Origin: Dictyostelium discoideum
Taxonomy: Eukaryota
Assembly: GCA_000004695.1 (NCBI GenBank)
Contig: CM000154.2
Location: 1,440,001 to 1,504,000 of the forward strand
DNA: 64,000 nucleotides
Reading direction: 5' to 3'
The notes under the pieces were generated by a model. It was not told where the DNA came from. It saw only the letters and a list, made by a program, of their open reading frames with translations, and ran no database searches. Below, piece after piece: positions 40,101-52,015 of this stretch. Within the stretch, counting starts at the first letter, position 1. Each line of letters starts with the position of its first letter. A program made the position numbers and the translations under genes.

Positions 40101-40970
40101 TGCAATTGCTGGACCCTCTTCAATGATCTTTTGATGACGACGTTGTACTGAACAATCACGACCATTCAATGAGATGGCTTCACCATGACGATCGGCAACG
40201 ATTTGAACCTCTAAATGACGGGCATTCGATACTAACTTCATAAAGAAAATCGGTGAACCTGGTACTTCATTTTGAACCTGTCTAAACGATGACTCGAGAT
40301 CCTCCATTGAGGTCACCTTTCTAATACCTTTACCACCACCACCTTCACTTGCTTTAATCATTGCTGGGAAACCAACACGTTGAGCACATTCACGTGCCTC
40401 CTCAACTGAATTGATACATGCACGACCATAGATTTCCGATGGTACGCCATTACATTCGCTATAGTCCACTTTTAATCCACTACCACTCCATGGTACACAT
40501 GCGACACGTGCACTTTGTGCAACGATTGTCGATGCAATTTTATCACCTAAATCTGCCATAGCCTTGGCGGGTGGCCCAATGAAAACTATACCTGTCTCTG
40601 TTTTTGATAAAAGGTCTGGTAAACGTGGATTCTCTGATGCGTGTCCCCAACCGGCCCAAACAGCTTGTACACCAGCTCGTTCTGCAAAATCTACAATAAT
40701 ATCCACATTTGCATAGTTGTTATTATTCGATCCACCTGGTACCTGTAATATTTGGTCTGCCATTCTAATATATTCAGCGTTTGCCTTCATATCCTCTGGT
40801 GTTGCCATCACAACAAATTTAATTGCTCTTTCATTACCAAAGTTTGTATATGCCCATTTTCTAACTGATCTAATTGCTTTTACCGCTGCTATACCATTAT
40901 TTGCAATTAATATCTTTTCTATATTTTTATCACCTCCTAATTTTTTAATATATTCATTAATTTCAATCAT
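34122..40970 (-). CDS. accA: Acetyl-CoA carboxylase (biotin carboxylase - BCCP - carboxyltransferase), about 2280 aa
   Basis: The ORF is 34122..40997 (2291 aa). The listed start is TTG. The first in-frame ATG is at 40970 (MIEINEYIKKLGGDKNIEKILIANNGIAAVKAIRSVRKW...). Biotin carboxylase motifs are present (GWGHASENP, EGGGGKGIRKV, the ATP-grasp fold), as is the biotinylation site EVMKMYMPL and the carboxyltransferase motif (GGAWVV, ANWRGFSGG). A tttcAG acceptor sits immediately 5' of the ATG, so an additional short 5' exon cannot be excluded. Confidence 0.93.
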   Translation of the reverse strand: MIEINEYIKKLGGDKNIEKILIANNGIAAVKAIRSVRKWAYTNFGNERAIKFVVMATPEDMKANAEYIRMADQILQVPGGSNNNNYANVDIIVDFAERAGVQAVWAGWGHASENPRLPDLLSKTETGIVFIGPPAKAMADLGDKIASTIVAQSARVACVPWSGSGLKVDYSECNGVPSEIYGRACINSVEEARECAQRVGFPAMIKASEGGGGKGIRKVTSMEDLESSFRQVQNEVPGSPIFFMKLVSNARHLEVQIVADRHGEAISLNGRDCSVQRRHQKIIEEGPAIAPTPQVWEEMERAAVRLVKEVGYVGAGTVEYLFAEGEYYFLELNPRLQVEHPVTEQITGVNLPATQLQIAMGIPLHRIPDIRKLYGRTGDDLYGDSMIDLHDFTKRNPPAGHCIAVRITGENPDEGFKPTSGQIHELTFRSTPNIWGYFSVGAKGGLHEYADSQFGHIFANGATREEARKTIILGLKEISIRGDIRTPVEYIIHLLESKDFKENHIHTGWLDQLISEKIQTKKPETMIVVLCGAIYKASTIFSTKIQEFSNQLSNGQLPSLELLNNSLPIELIYNNVKYQFEVSRTGINNYSVCLKNDKSAVSIDSSVIMLSDSGLLILLNGSTHVCYGREDVIGLSLMIDSKTCVFSQEYDPSILRTSSPGKLVRYLVDDGSLVVKGTPFAEIEVMKMYMPLLVPEKGIIKFVLTEGSVMAPGAIIANLELSDQSSIQKSTVFTGSLTKMSPPTLIGNKPHQLLNYTLGKISNVLCGYESNDLNQLLNDTIKQLSNQKLPLFEFKEQLSIVQSRIPQSLFKLINDELNKFEFNNDDDDEDDSELFNSKNLQLSISLYLNKLLLENEQLSIAIQLLIKPIILLAEKYNDGVSFAAINIFKNYLEEFIQIETNLQNKNIQTVLKSIRPTYKDNISKVVDIAQSLHPQSKKYKFILLLLNKIQEQGLVCDFVEQFKKLSSLGGNCMEISLKAKHIMVHSQLPSNKQRSNDLINSLKSILNVNNEQQQQVDEKVQDNKDEKISKLSKQTNEISDILIPMFFNESNNDDDIRKLAMEVYVRHSYRSYYVEDTKVTLSNDEGSSGFSFIEWHFYINLPQQSNLGGSNSGSPTYGSPLIRSISSSGGSSGGSGFQISPRPSMSIFNGLSMLRTDSTDSLTAMEDQTKLRYGMMVFFENEKKFEEKLPLILTRYNEENNKKSQLSLSPNESTDILSVIISIYPESISQENQAISSFQSILKGYIKELSIARIRRITFICCGGDEGKPLKYFTFRERHMYMEDPIFRHIEPAMAYHLEVRKLSNFDITHVPTTSQRIHLYYAQEKGKKETDPDADRSFFVRSVIRYSDLYGHSNEIKVDILLSQIETLLSESIESLEIAMSNKKYEKAQNHSIFLNVMPEVMFDEKMIGYVVQEIGDRLGKRLWKLRVGRVEVRGRIRKGDGLIPVRFFVQNPTGYAFQVQCYYEQQNSIGQMVFAVVPGSSKGSWEGLPVDTPYPIMDAVQRNRFKAQRLDTTYCYDYPDLFREAMQNIWMEFMESNKTNPVKVYPSSRGVLESVELILPSTINTDFPPSIPLDQLPEESKPKLEETYRPIGYNDIGMVAWRMTFYTPEYPLGRQAIVIANDITHQIGSFGPQEDMLFKLASELARKEKIPRIYLSSNSGARIGLADEIKSKFKVTWNVPSDPTKGIKNLYLTNNDYQALKDSVIAYQDTTDKDKWIIHDIIGQKNGIGVENLSWSGLIAGETSQAYNEIFTITLVSGRSVGIGAYLVRLGQRTIQNDAPIILTGASALNKVLGKEVYESNQQLGGSQIMYPNGVSHIIVNDELRGITNVLQWLSFVPKSGGEMVPIISPIDSPHRDIEFDPSNSINGKCDTRHLIAGLQSELDPNYWISGMFDKDSFMETLAGWANTVITGRARLGGIPVGIIAVETKSVEKIIPADPANPLSYEQVNTQAGQVWYPDSSFKTAQAIADFNNGEELPLMILANWRGFSGGMRDMFDEILKFGSMIVDNLRNYKQPVMVYIPPFAELRGGAWVVLDSTINLDMMEMYCSEEGRGGVLEPNGIAEIKYRDPELIKTMHRLDPKLIEWDKSIPIGVSVNGLDQSQKTIKSQIQQREKELLGIYQQIAIKFADLHDTPGRMKAKGVIKQMVPWKSARSFFYDRIKRRLFEEDKLKLIDKSHPGLNRQSKLNLLETWIKQILGNNQSVDYHQNDKLISSTIESNSHIINDKIIDLSKQYAINQILNFVQSDSESIVDGFQNLLPFISTQQKEFLFESLKKDLNK

Positions 40971-41459
40971 TTCATCTGAAATAATTTTAAAAAACAATTA
41001 AAAAAAATAAAAATAAAAAAAAAAATAAAAAAAAAAATAAAAAAAAAAATAAAAAAAAAAAAAAAATGAAAATATTAATATTTTAAAACAGTAATTAAAT
41101 TATTTTTAAAAATAAATATGATTAAAAAAAAAAAAAAAAATAAAAAAAAAATAAAGTAAAAAACAAATAAAATAAATACTAATAAAAAACTATATTGAAA
41201 CTATTTAAAGTTTTTAACCTATATTACAATTTTTCTATGTTGGTTATGGTTTGGTTGTTAATTTCCTTATCCCCTTTTTTTTTTTTTTTTTTGTTTTTTT
41301 TTTTTTTTTATTTTTTTTTAAAAAAAAAAAAAAAAATTAATTTTAAATTATAAGTTTGAAAGTTTTAATTTGTTATTGTTATTATTGTTATTGTTTTTAT
41401 TTCTATATTTTTATTGTTGTTGTTATTGTTGTTATTACCCGTATTTTATTATTTTATTA

Positions 41460-41491
<32 letters not shown>

Positions 41492-41587
41492 TATATATAA
41501 ATTATCTTAATTATATATTACAACTCCAATATTATTACAATTGTTATTAATGATATCTATTAATGTTTATAGGGTAGCCTTTGTTTG

Positions 41588-41644
41588 AGTGTTGTGTATT
41601 GTGTGGTGTGTGGGTGTGTGGGTTTGTTATGAATGTGTGTGTTT
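41588..41644 (+). promoter_or_regulatory. GT-rich G-box / CA-rich-element (CAE)-like block in the accA upstream region
   Basis: The sequence is gtgttgtgtattgtgtggtgtgtgggtgtgtgggtttgttatgaatgtgtgtgttttgg. It contains iterated TGTGGG/GTGTG half-sites of the type bound by the Dictyostelium G-box-binding factor. It lies about 600 bp upstream of the accA start, on the minus strand, and is flanked by pure A/T. Confidence 0.35.
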
Positions 41645-41699
41645 TGGTTTTGGGTTTGGGTTTGGGTTTGGGTTTGGGTTTGGGTTTGGGTTTGGGTTT
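41645..41699 (+). repeat. (GGGTTT)n hexanucleotide microsatellite, about 9 copies; G-quadruplex-capable
   Basis: The sequence is ttttgggtttgggtttgggtttgggtttgggtttgggtttgggtttgggtttt, a perfect tandem array. It lies immediately 3' of the GT-rich block. Confidence 0.9.
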
Positions 41700-41783
41700 T
41701 ATTTATAAGGGATTAATTTCTAAAGTTAATTTTATTTTAAATAGATTAGTATAACTTTTAAAATTTACAGATTTAAAAATTAA

Positions 41784-41823
<40 letters not shown>

Positions 41824-42056
41824 CTTTTTTCTTTTTTTTTTTATTTTTTATTTTTTTTATTTTTTTTCTTCTTATTTTGTTTCTTTTTATATCAGACAAA
41901 AAATCTATTTAGAGGATGAAACTCCTCAAGTTGAAAGATTTATTTTAAAATCCGATTAAAGGAATAAAAAATAAAAAAAAAAAAAAGTATATAAAAAGGA
42001 ATTCCATCAAATAATAAAAAAAAAATAAAATAAAAAAAAGATATTTTGATATTTTA

Positions 42057-42108
42057 ATTTTTTATTTTATTTTATTTTATTTTATTTTATTTTATTTTAT
42101 TTTATTTT
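42057..42108. repeat. (TTTTA)n pentanucleotide repeat
   Basis: The sequence is ttttattttattttattttattttattttattttattttatttta. Confidence 0.85.
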
Positions 42109-42203
42109 AAAATTTTTTTATATTACAATTTAAAATCGTATTTGATTATTCGGGTAAAAATAATTATTGTTTTAATTAATTGAAATGAGCACTTCTTGCC
42201 TTG

Positions 42204-42243
<40 letters not shown>

Positions 42244-42941
42244 AAAATGAAAATTATTTTTTTAAAAAATGAAATTAAAAAAAAAATTAAAAAAAAAAAA
42301 AAAGATATTTTTTGATTAAAGGGATTTTTATTATTTATTTTTATTTATTTTATTTTATTTTTTTTTTTTTATTTTCGTCTGAAAATATTTTTTGGTTGGG
42401 AAAACAAAAAAAAATAAAAAAATAAAAAAAACTAATTAATAGTTAATAGTTAACTATATTGGTGACGAATATAGATTTTTTTTTTAATTTTTAAAAAATA
42501 AAAAAATAAAAAATATTGAAAGTTGATGGTTTTTTTCTTTTTTCCCAAAATGTTTTAATTATTTTTAATTTTTTTTTTTTTTTTTTTTTTTTTGACACCT
42601 TACAATGTGTTTGTTAATATTTATTTTTTTTTTTTTTTTTTAAAAAAAAAAGATTTGACCAGTCAAAAAATTTTGTATTATCTTTTGGAATATCATAGGT
42701 TTTATCTTAAATTTTCGTTTAATCTTTATTAGCGTCATAAATTACTTATTATTAATAATATTGTCATCATTACAATAACATTTATTTATTTATTTTATTT
42801 TTTGGTTTTATAAATAATTTTTGATGGGTTGCACCACAATAAAAAAAAAAAAAAAAAAAAACCATCCCAAGATCTTTAATTTTCGAATGTACACTTTGTT
42901 TTATTTTATTTCGTTTATTTTTTATATTCTCTCTAAAGATA

Positions 42942-44969
<2,028 letters not shown>

Positions 44970-46051
44970 TTAAATTCAAAAAGTAAAAAATAATGTGAAA
45001 AAAAAAATAAAAAAAAAAAAAAAAAAAAATAAAAAAAAATCTTTTTTTTAAATTTTTTTTTATTTTTTTTAATTTTTTTTTAATTAATAAATTTTTATTT
45101 TCTTATTTTTAATTTCCTTAAATGGAAATATTAAAAAATTATCAATGAAATATTTGGAAATACTTTTAACCTTCAAAAAATTCCAATGTAAATAAAGTCT
45201 TAAAATTTCAATCAAAAAAGAAATTAATTTTGTTTTTATTAAATTTCTTATTAAACAAAAATAATTAAAAAAAAAAAAGAGTTTAGAAAAAGATAAAAAT
45301 TAATTCCTATTATATCAAAATGAATTGAAATTTTAAATAAAATTCCAATATATATGATTGTTTTGGATGAAGTAATTTTTTAAAAATAGAATTTATTGAA
45401 AAAAAAAAAAAAAAAAAAAGTTTAAACCAAGAAATAATTTATAATTTCAAAATAAAAGCACTAAACCAATAAAAAAATTAATTTTTAATAATAAATAATA
45501 TTAATATTCTTATCCATTTCATAAAAAAACATCATAATTTTTTTTTTTTTTATAACACTAATAAAATATAAAAAATTAATATTATTTATTCATTTGTTTT
45601 AAAAAATATTAAAAACCACACCAACATCGAATTTTTTTTTTTTTTTTTTAAAAAAATGTACAAAATTGGAAAATCTCCCACACACACCCACACAAACCAT
45701 TAAAAGTGAAAAACATAATTCTTGATAAATTAGTGCCATAGAAAAAACTTAAACAAATAAATACATACACAAATTCAACTAGTATCATACTTAGGCAAAG
45801 GAATTTTTTTATTTTTTAAAATTTTTTTAATTTTAATTTTTATTTTTATTTTATATAACCCACACGTATTAGTTTTCTAAACCATTGTTTTCTATTTTTT
45901 TTTATATTTTTTTTTTTTATTTTTTTTTTTTTTTTTTTTTTATATTTTTTAATTTTTTAAAACTCTTTTAATTTATTTATTGTATAAAAAAAATTTTATT
46001 TTGTAATAAGTCAACAAATATCAATAATTTAATAAAAAATCTTTAGATCTT

Positions 46052-46098
<47 letters not shown>

Positions 46099-46101
<3 letters not shown>

Positions 46102-46735
46102 TTTGGAAAATTAAAAAAAAGTCAATCCAGTAAAACATTAGGAACCTTAAATTATCAAACCTATGATAATAATTATAAAGATACCAATTATTTAACATCA
46201 AGATGTTTTTTAACACCATCATTAGTTTTAATAAGTGGTGATAATCAATGTATGAATCAATATTCAAATGAAAAAGTTGTAGTAAAAATTACAAATACAT
46301 ATGTGGAAATTATGGAAAAAACAAATTTAGTAAGTTTTTTTTAAAATGAAAAAAAAAAAAAAAAAAAAAAACCAAATTAATTATTTTTTATTTTATTAAT
46401 TTTAAATAATTAATTTTTGATTAATAAAGGTTGTTATAAAAACTTTTTTATTAAGAGATGTTAAAGAATTTATTTTTAATGGTCAATTTTGGGAAATTAT
46501 ATGTAGAAATTCTCAAGGAGAATTTGTAACATATAGTTTCAATGTTTCAAAAGCACATATTTTACAATCAAAAGTAATGGAATTTCTTAAACAAGTACAA
46601 AAAGTAAATATTTTTATAAAAAAAATTAAAAAATCATTAAATATTTTAACTAATTCAATTTTTGTTTAATTATTTATTCAAATATTTTAGGAGGAAGACC
46701 ATAATAGTGAATTCATCCCAAAAATTGTTTATTAA
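46099..46735 (+). CDS. Small PH/GRAM-like domain protein (about 150 aa), 3 exons
   Basis: Structure is join(46099..46329,46430..46603,46691..46735). Exon 1 is ORF 46099..46344 up to ...EIMEKTNL|GTAAGT. Exon 2 is VVIKTFLLRDVKEFIFNGQFWEIICRNSQGEFVTYSFNVSKAHILQSKVMEFLKQVQK|GTAAAT. Exon 3 is EEDHNSEFIPKIVY*. The second intron is tentative: without it the protein ends ...KVNIFIKKIKKSLNILTNSIFV*. Confidence 0.55.
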
Positions 46736-46831
46736 TTTAAAAAATATTATATATATATATAAACCAAAAAAAATAAAATGTAATCCCCTTTTGTACAATA
46801 GAAATTATTAAATTATAAATATTGTTTAAAT

Positions 46832-46869
<38 letters not shown>

Positions 46870-46879
46870 ATTTTAATTT

Positions 46880-47969
<1,090 letters not shown>

Positions 47970-47994
47970 TCTCTGTATTTATATATATATTTAG

Positions 47995-47999
<5 letters not shown>

Positions 48000-48029
<30 letters not shown>

Positions 48030-48042
48030 GTGTGTTGTGTGT
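48000..48042. repeat. (GT)n microsatellite about 30 bp upstream of the U1A start codon
   Basis: The sequence is gtgtgtgtgtgtgtgtgtgtgtgtgttgtgtgttgtgtgtg. Confidence 0.9.
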
Positions 48043-48573
48043 GAATGGAAAGTTTTGAGTTTATTTTGATGTTTTATTTAGATCTGTATTTAATACAACC
48101 AATAAATTTATACTGGAAGGGATATTTTTTTAAAAAAAAAAAAAAAAAGAAAAAAAAAAATGTTGGTTTTAATCGATAGAAATGAAAATGAATAAAAAAA
48201 AAAAAAAATAAAAAAAAAAAAAAAATGTTTTCTAATTTTGAAAATTTTTGAAAAATGAATTTTTTTCATCAATTGACAAATTATTTGTGGGGGTTGGAGT
48301 AAAAATAATAATAAAATAAAATAGAGAATAGTAATAAATAAAATAGGAAAAGAGATTAAAAATGGATTTCATATAACACTATTTAATTAATTTAAAAGAA
48401 AAAAAAAAAGTGTGTAAAAAAAAAAAAATAAAATAAAAAAAAAGCTTTTTTAATAGAGGGTTAAAAAACAACTAGAAATTTAAAAAAAAAAAAAAAAACT
48501 CATTCTATTTATAATCATTATTAATTATTGTCAGAGTTAATTATAATTTTTAAATAATTATAAATTTATTAAA

Positions 48574-48616
<43 letters not shown>

Positions 48617-48762
48617 CCCATGGTTTTTTTAATAAAAAACATAAATAAAAATATAATAAAATTATAATTATTATTAATTAATTTTTTCCAAGAAATAAAA
48701 AATAAAGTTAAAAATAGGTTTGTTATTTAATTTATTTAATTTTTTCATTTTATTTTATTTCA

Positions 48763-48808
<46 letters not shown>

Positions 48809-48950
48809 GATCAAAAATTTTTTTTTTTTTTTTTAATTTTTGTTTTTAAAATATCTTTTTTTTTTTTTTCACCATTATACTTATTTATTTTTTATAATTT
48901 ATATATATGAAATAAAAAAAAAATAAAAAAAAAAATAAAGAAAAATAAAA

Positions 48951-49589
48951 ATGGAAGTAATGGAAATTGATAAAAAAATAAATAAATGTGAAGAATTATT
49001 TTGGAAAGTTATAAGAAATAAATATTTATTTAATTATATATTTCAAGTATTGGAAACAATGCCAATTGAATTCGATTCAGTTAGTAAATATTATATTGGT
49101 AATAGAATTAAATTTAAGAATATAAAGAATTTAGATTGGATGGTTAAACATGGTCAATGGGAAATATTAAGAGATAAATTAATTTCCAGTCAATATATTT
49201 GCATTAATCTTGAAATGATATCACCTTTTCTAATGAAATGTAAAGATGAATCAATATTAGAACTAATGTTTGAAAAAAAGATAACGGAATTAAGACAAAT
49301 CAATATAATTGATTCTTGTGTGTCTAGTGCAAATGAAATATCAATAAATTTCTTTTTATCAAAACTTGAAAATAATCCACACCTTTTGAAAACATCTTTA
49401 CCAATTTATCAATCAACCATTAGAAATTCAATCACAAATTCAACACCTAAAGTATTTGAAAATCTTATAAAAACTCAACCAATTTTAGATGAATCTTTAA
49501 AAGAAAATTGTATTCAATATGCTTTATTAAATAAAAATCATAAAGTTGAAATGATTAAATCTGTTAAAAAATATTTGGAAATTATTTAA
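48951..49589 (+). CDS. Hypothetical protein, 212 aa
   Basis: The ORF starts with ATG, and its codon usage and amino-acid composition are protein-like (MEVMEIDKKINKCEELFWKVIRNKYLFNYIFQVLETMPIEF...). No domain was recognised. Confidence 0.5.
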   Translation: MEVMEIDKKINKCEELFWKVIRNKYLFNYIFQVLETMPIEFDSVSKYYIGNRIKFKNIKNLDWMVKHGQWEILRDKLISSQYICINLEMISPFLMKCKDESILELMFEKKITELRQINIIDSCVSSANEISINFFLSKLENNPHLLKTSLPIYQSTIRNSITNSTPKVFENLIKTQPILDESLKENCIQYALLNKNHKVEMIKSVKKYLEII

Positions 49590-49691
49590 AAAAATTTAAA
49601 AAAAAAAAAAAAAAAAATTTAAAAAAAAAAAAATAAAATTTAAAAAATAAAATTATTTTTATTATTATTGTTATTATAATTATTTATTTAT

Positions 49692-50102
49692 TTATTTTTG
49701 TGTTTCTTTACTATATGAATATTTAACTTGACAAATTCTAATTTCATAATGTTCATACCAATTTGTTATTCCAAATTTTTGTGCTATTTTATGATTTGAA
49801 TTATCTTTCCAATTTTTAATAGAATTCAAGGATTCCCAATATGAAACTGTGATACCAAATCTTGAATGATCATTTCTTGTAGATTCTATACCAAGATAAC
49901 CATCTTGTGATTTTGCTAATTCATCCATTTCATCTTTATTTTAAAATGTTAATAAACATTAAACCAATGGGTTGGGATATTTTAATATTTTAAAGAAATA
50001 TGTACCTGCCATTTTATTATATTCTTCATTATATTCTGATGTTCTTATACTTGAAAATATACAAGCATAATAATCTTTTTTTGGTGTTTTCGCAAATACC
50101 AT
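49692..50102 (-). CDS. ABM (antibiotic-biosynthesis-monooxygenase/Dabb-like) small protein, 2 exons
   Basis: Structure is complement(join(49692..49933,50006..50102)). Exon 1 is MVFAKTPKKDYYACIFSSIRTSEYNEEYNKMA, then G|GTACAT (an atypical donor). Exon 2 is (D)EMDELAKSQDGYLGIESTRNDHSRFGITVSYWESLNSIKNWKDNSNHKIAQKFGITNWYEHYEIRICQV.... The pattern Y..E.W.S.....W......H..A...G...WY..Y.IR matches the ABM fold. Confidence 0.6.
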
Positions 50103-50103
50103 C

Positions 50104-50134
<31 letters not shown>

Positions 50135-50396
50135 TTAAAAATGAAAAAAAAAATAAAAAATTATTTTTGTGGAAAAAAAAAAAAAAAAAAACAAAAAAAA
50201 AAAGTAATATAATAATTTAATTTGTGAAGATTTTTTTATTTACAATTTTGTGTTTAGATTAATTTATATATAGGGTTGTTTTTTTTTATTTTTTTTTTAT
50301 TTTTTTTATTTTTTTATTTTTTTTTTTTTTTATTTAATTGAAATTAAAAACTTTGGAAAAGAGAAATATACAATTTGAAATTCAATTTGAATTTAT

Positions 50397-50660
50397 TCAT
50401 CCAAGTAAATAATGTTCATCAACTTCTGGGTCAAATTCTCTAGAGTTATCAATATGTGGCCAAACTAAACCTTCAACTGGCTTTTGAACTAAATTGTCAT
50501 CAAGATTTCTATCAACTCTTTTAACTGGTCGTGGATCAAACTCATCGTCAAGTTCTTTATCAACCTTGAATCTAACAGATTTTGGCTTTAATGCATCCTT
50601 GGCTGCTTTAAAATTAGCAGAATCCATAACCTCTTCATCTACATTTGAATGTGTGTTTCC

Positions 50661-50663
<3 letters not shown>
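50397..50663 (-). CDS. Small protein (88 aa) with N-terminal myristoylation consensus MGNTHSN; member of a tandemly duplicated pair
   Basis: The ORF is MGNTHSNVDEEVMDSANFKAAKDALKPKSVRFKVDKELDDEFDPRPVKRVDRNLDDNLVQKPVEGLVWPHIDNSREFDPEVDEHYLLG*. The N-terminus has Gly2 and Ser6, the N-myristoyltransferase consensus. Confidence 0.6.
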
Positions 50664-50692
<29 letters not shown>

Positions 50693-51223
50693 TTTTTTTT
50701 TTTTTTTTTAAAAAGTAAATATTTGTTTTTTTTTTTTAAATAAATATTATTATTTTTTAAAAATTAAGGTTTGTATTTTTAAAGTTTTGTTAAAATTATA
50801 AAAATCTATTTAAATTAAAAAAAAAAAAAAAAAAAAAAAATATTTTAATTTAAAATAAAAAAAAAAAAAAAATAATAAAAAAAAAAAAAAAATTAAAATA
50901 AAATTAAAAAAACCTTTTTTTTCCCTTATTTAAATAAAACCTTGGTATCTATTAAAAATTTTTCAATTTTAAATTTCCAATTTCCAATTTCCAAAAGGTG
51001 GAATTGAATTAAGATTAAAAAAAAAAAAATAAAAAAAAATTAAATTTGGGTTGCAATTCTATATATTTTGAAATATATTAATTTTTTATTTACAAATGTG
51101 TATAGATATTTTTAATTTTTATTTTTATTTTTATTTTTTTTTATTTTTATTTTTATTTTTGTTTGAATTGAAACTAAAACTTTGGAAAAGAGTTAAACCG
51201 CACAATTATTTGAATTTATTTAT

Positions 51224-51445
51224 TTATCCAAGTAAATAATGTTCGTCAAATTCTGGGTAAAGTTCTCTAAAGTTATCATTATGTGGCCAAACTAAACCTT
51301 CATCTGGTTTTTGATATAAACGATCATTAAGATTTCTATCGACCTTGGATTTGTTAACAATTTTAGGATTTAATGGTTCTTTGGGTGGTTGGAATTTATT
51401 TGAATCCATATTCCATTCACTTAAATTTGATTGTGTATTTCCCAT
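51224..51445 (-). CDS. Small protein (73 aa) with N-terminal myristoylation consensus MGNTQSN; paralogue of 50397..50663
   Basis: The ORF is MGNTQSNLSEWNMDSNKFQPPKEPLNPKIVNKSKVDRNLNDRLYQKPDEGLVWPHNDNFRELYPEFDEHYLLG*. It shares with its neighbour MGNT.SN, DRNL.D.L.QKP.EGLVWPH.DN and EHYLLG*. The 3' flank (about 60 bp, ...aactttggaaaagag...) is also duplicated. Confidence 0.6.
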   Translation of the reverse strand: MGNTQSNLSEWNMDSNKFQPPKEPLNPKIVNKSKVDRNLNDRLYQKPDEGLVWPHNDNFRELYPEFDEHYLLG

Positions 51446-52015
51446 TATTATTATTATTAAAATTATTATTTTTTTTTATTTAATTTTTTTATTGTTATTG
51501 GTTTTATTATTTTTTGAAACTAAATAATACTAATATCCAATTTTTTTTTTTTTTTGTTTGGAAAAAAAAAAAAAAAATTAATTAAAAAAAAAAAAAAAAA
51601 AAAAAATTAAATTTAAATAAATTTACCTTTACCTTTTTTTTTTTCCCTTAATTAAATTATAAACTTCCAATTGTTAAAAGGTTATTTATAAAAAAAAAAA
51701 AAAAAAAATTTTTGTTTGTTTAGTGAAATTCGGAAAGACACTCTGTTTTTAAAAAAAAAAAAAAATAATAATTAAAAAATAGATTTTTTTCCTAATTTGA
51801 GGTTTCTTTATAGAAAAATTGTTTAAACAATTTTAATTTTTTTATTTGTAATTATTTTAATTTACATTTTTATTTTATAAATTATTATTATTATAAATAA
51901 AATTTTTGTTATTATAATATTAAAATTATTGTTGTTTTATTACAATAATTTTTTTTTTTTTTGAATAAAAATAAAAGGAAAAAAAGAAAAAAAAGGAAAA
52001 AAAAAAAAAAGACTG

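Noticed and set aside
40971-40997. ORF-track start of accA (MFFKIISDE)
   Set aside because: The start codon is TTG. The first in-frame ATG is at 40970, and an acceptor-like tttcAG just upstream suggests a possible extra 5' exon.
41645-41699. The (GGGTTT)n array as a telomere
   Set aside because: It is interstitial, with genes on both sides, and only 9 copies long. Dictyostelium chromosome ends are not built of this repeat.
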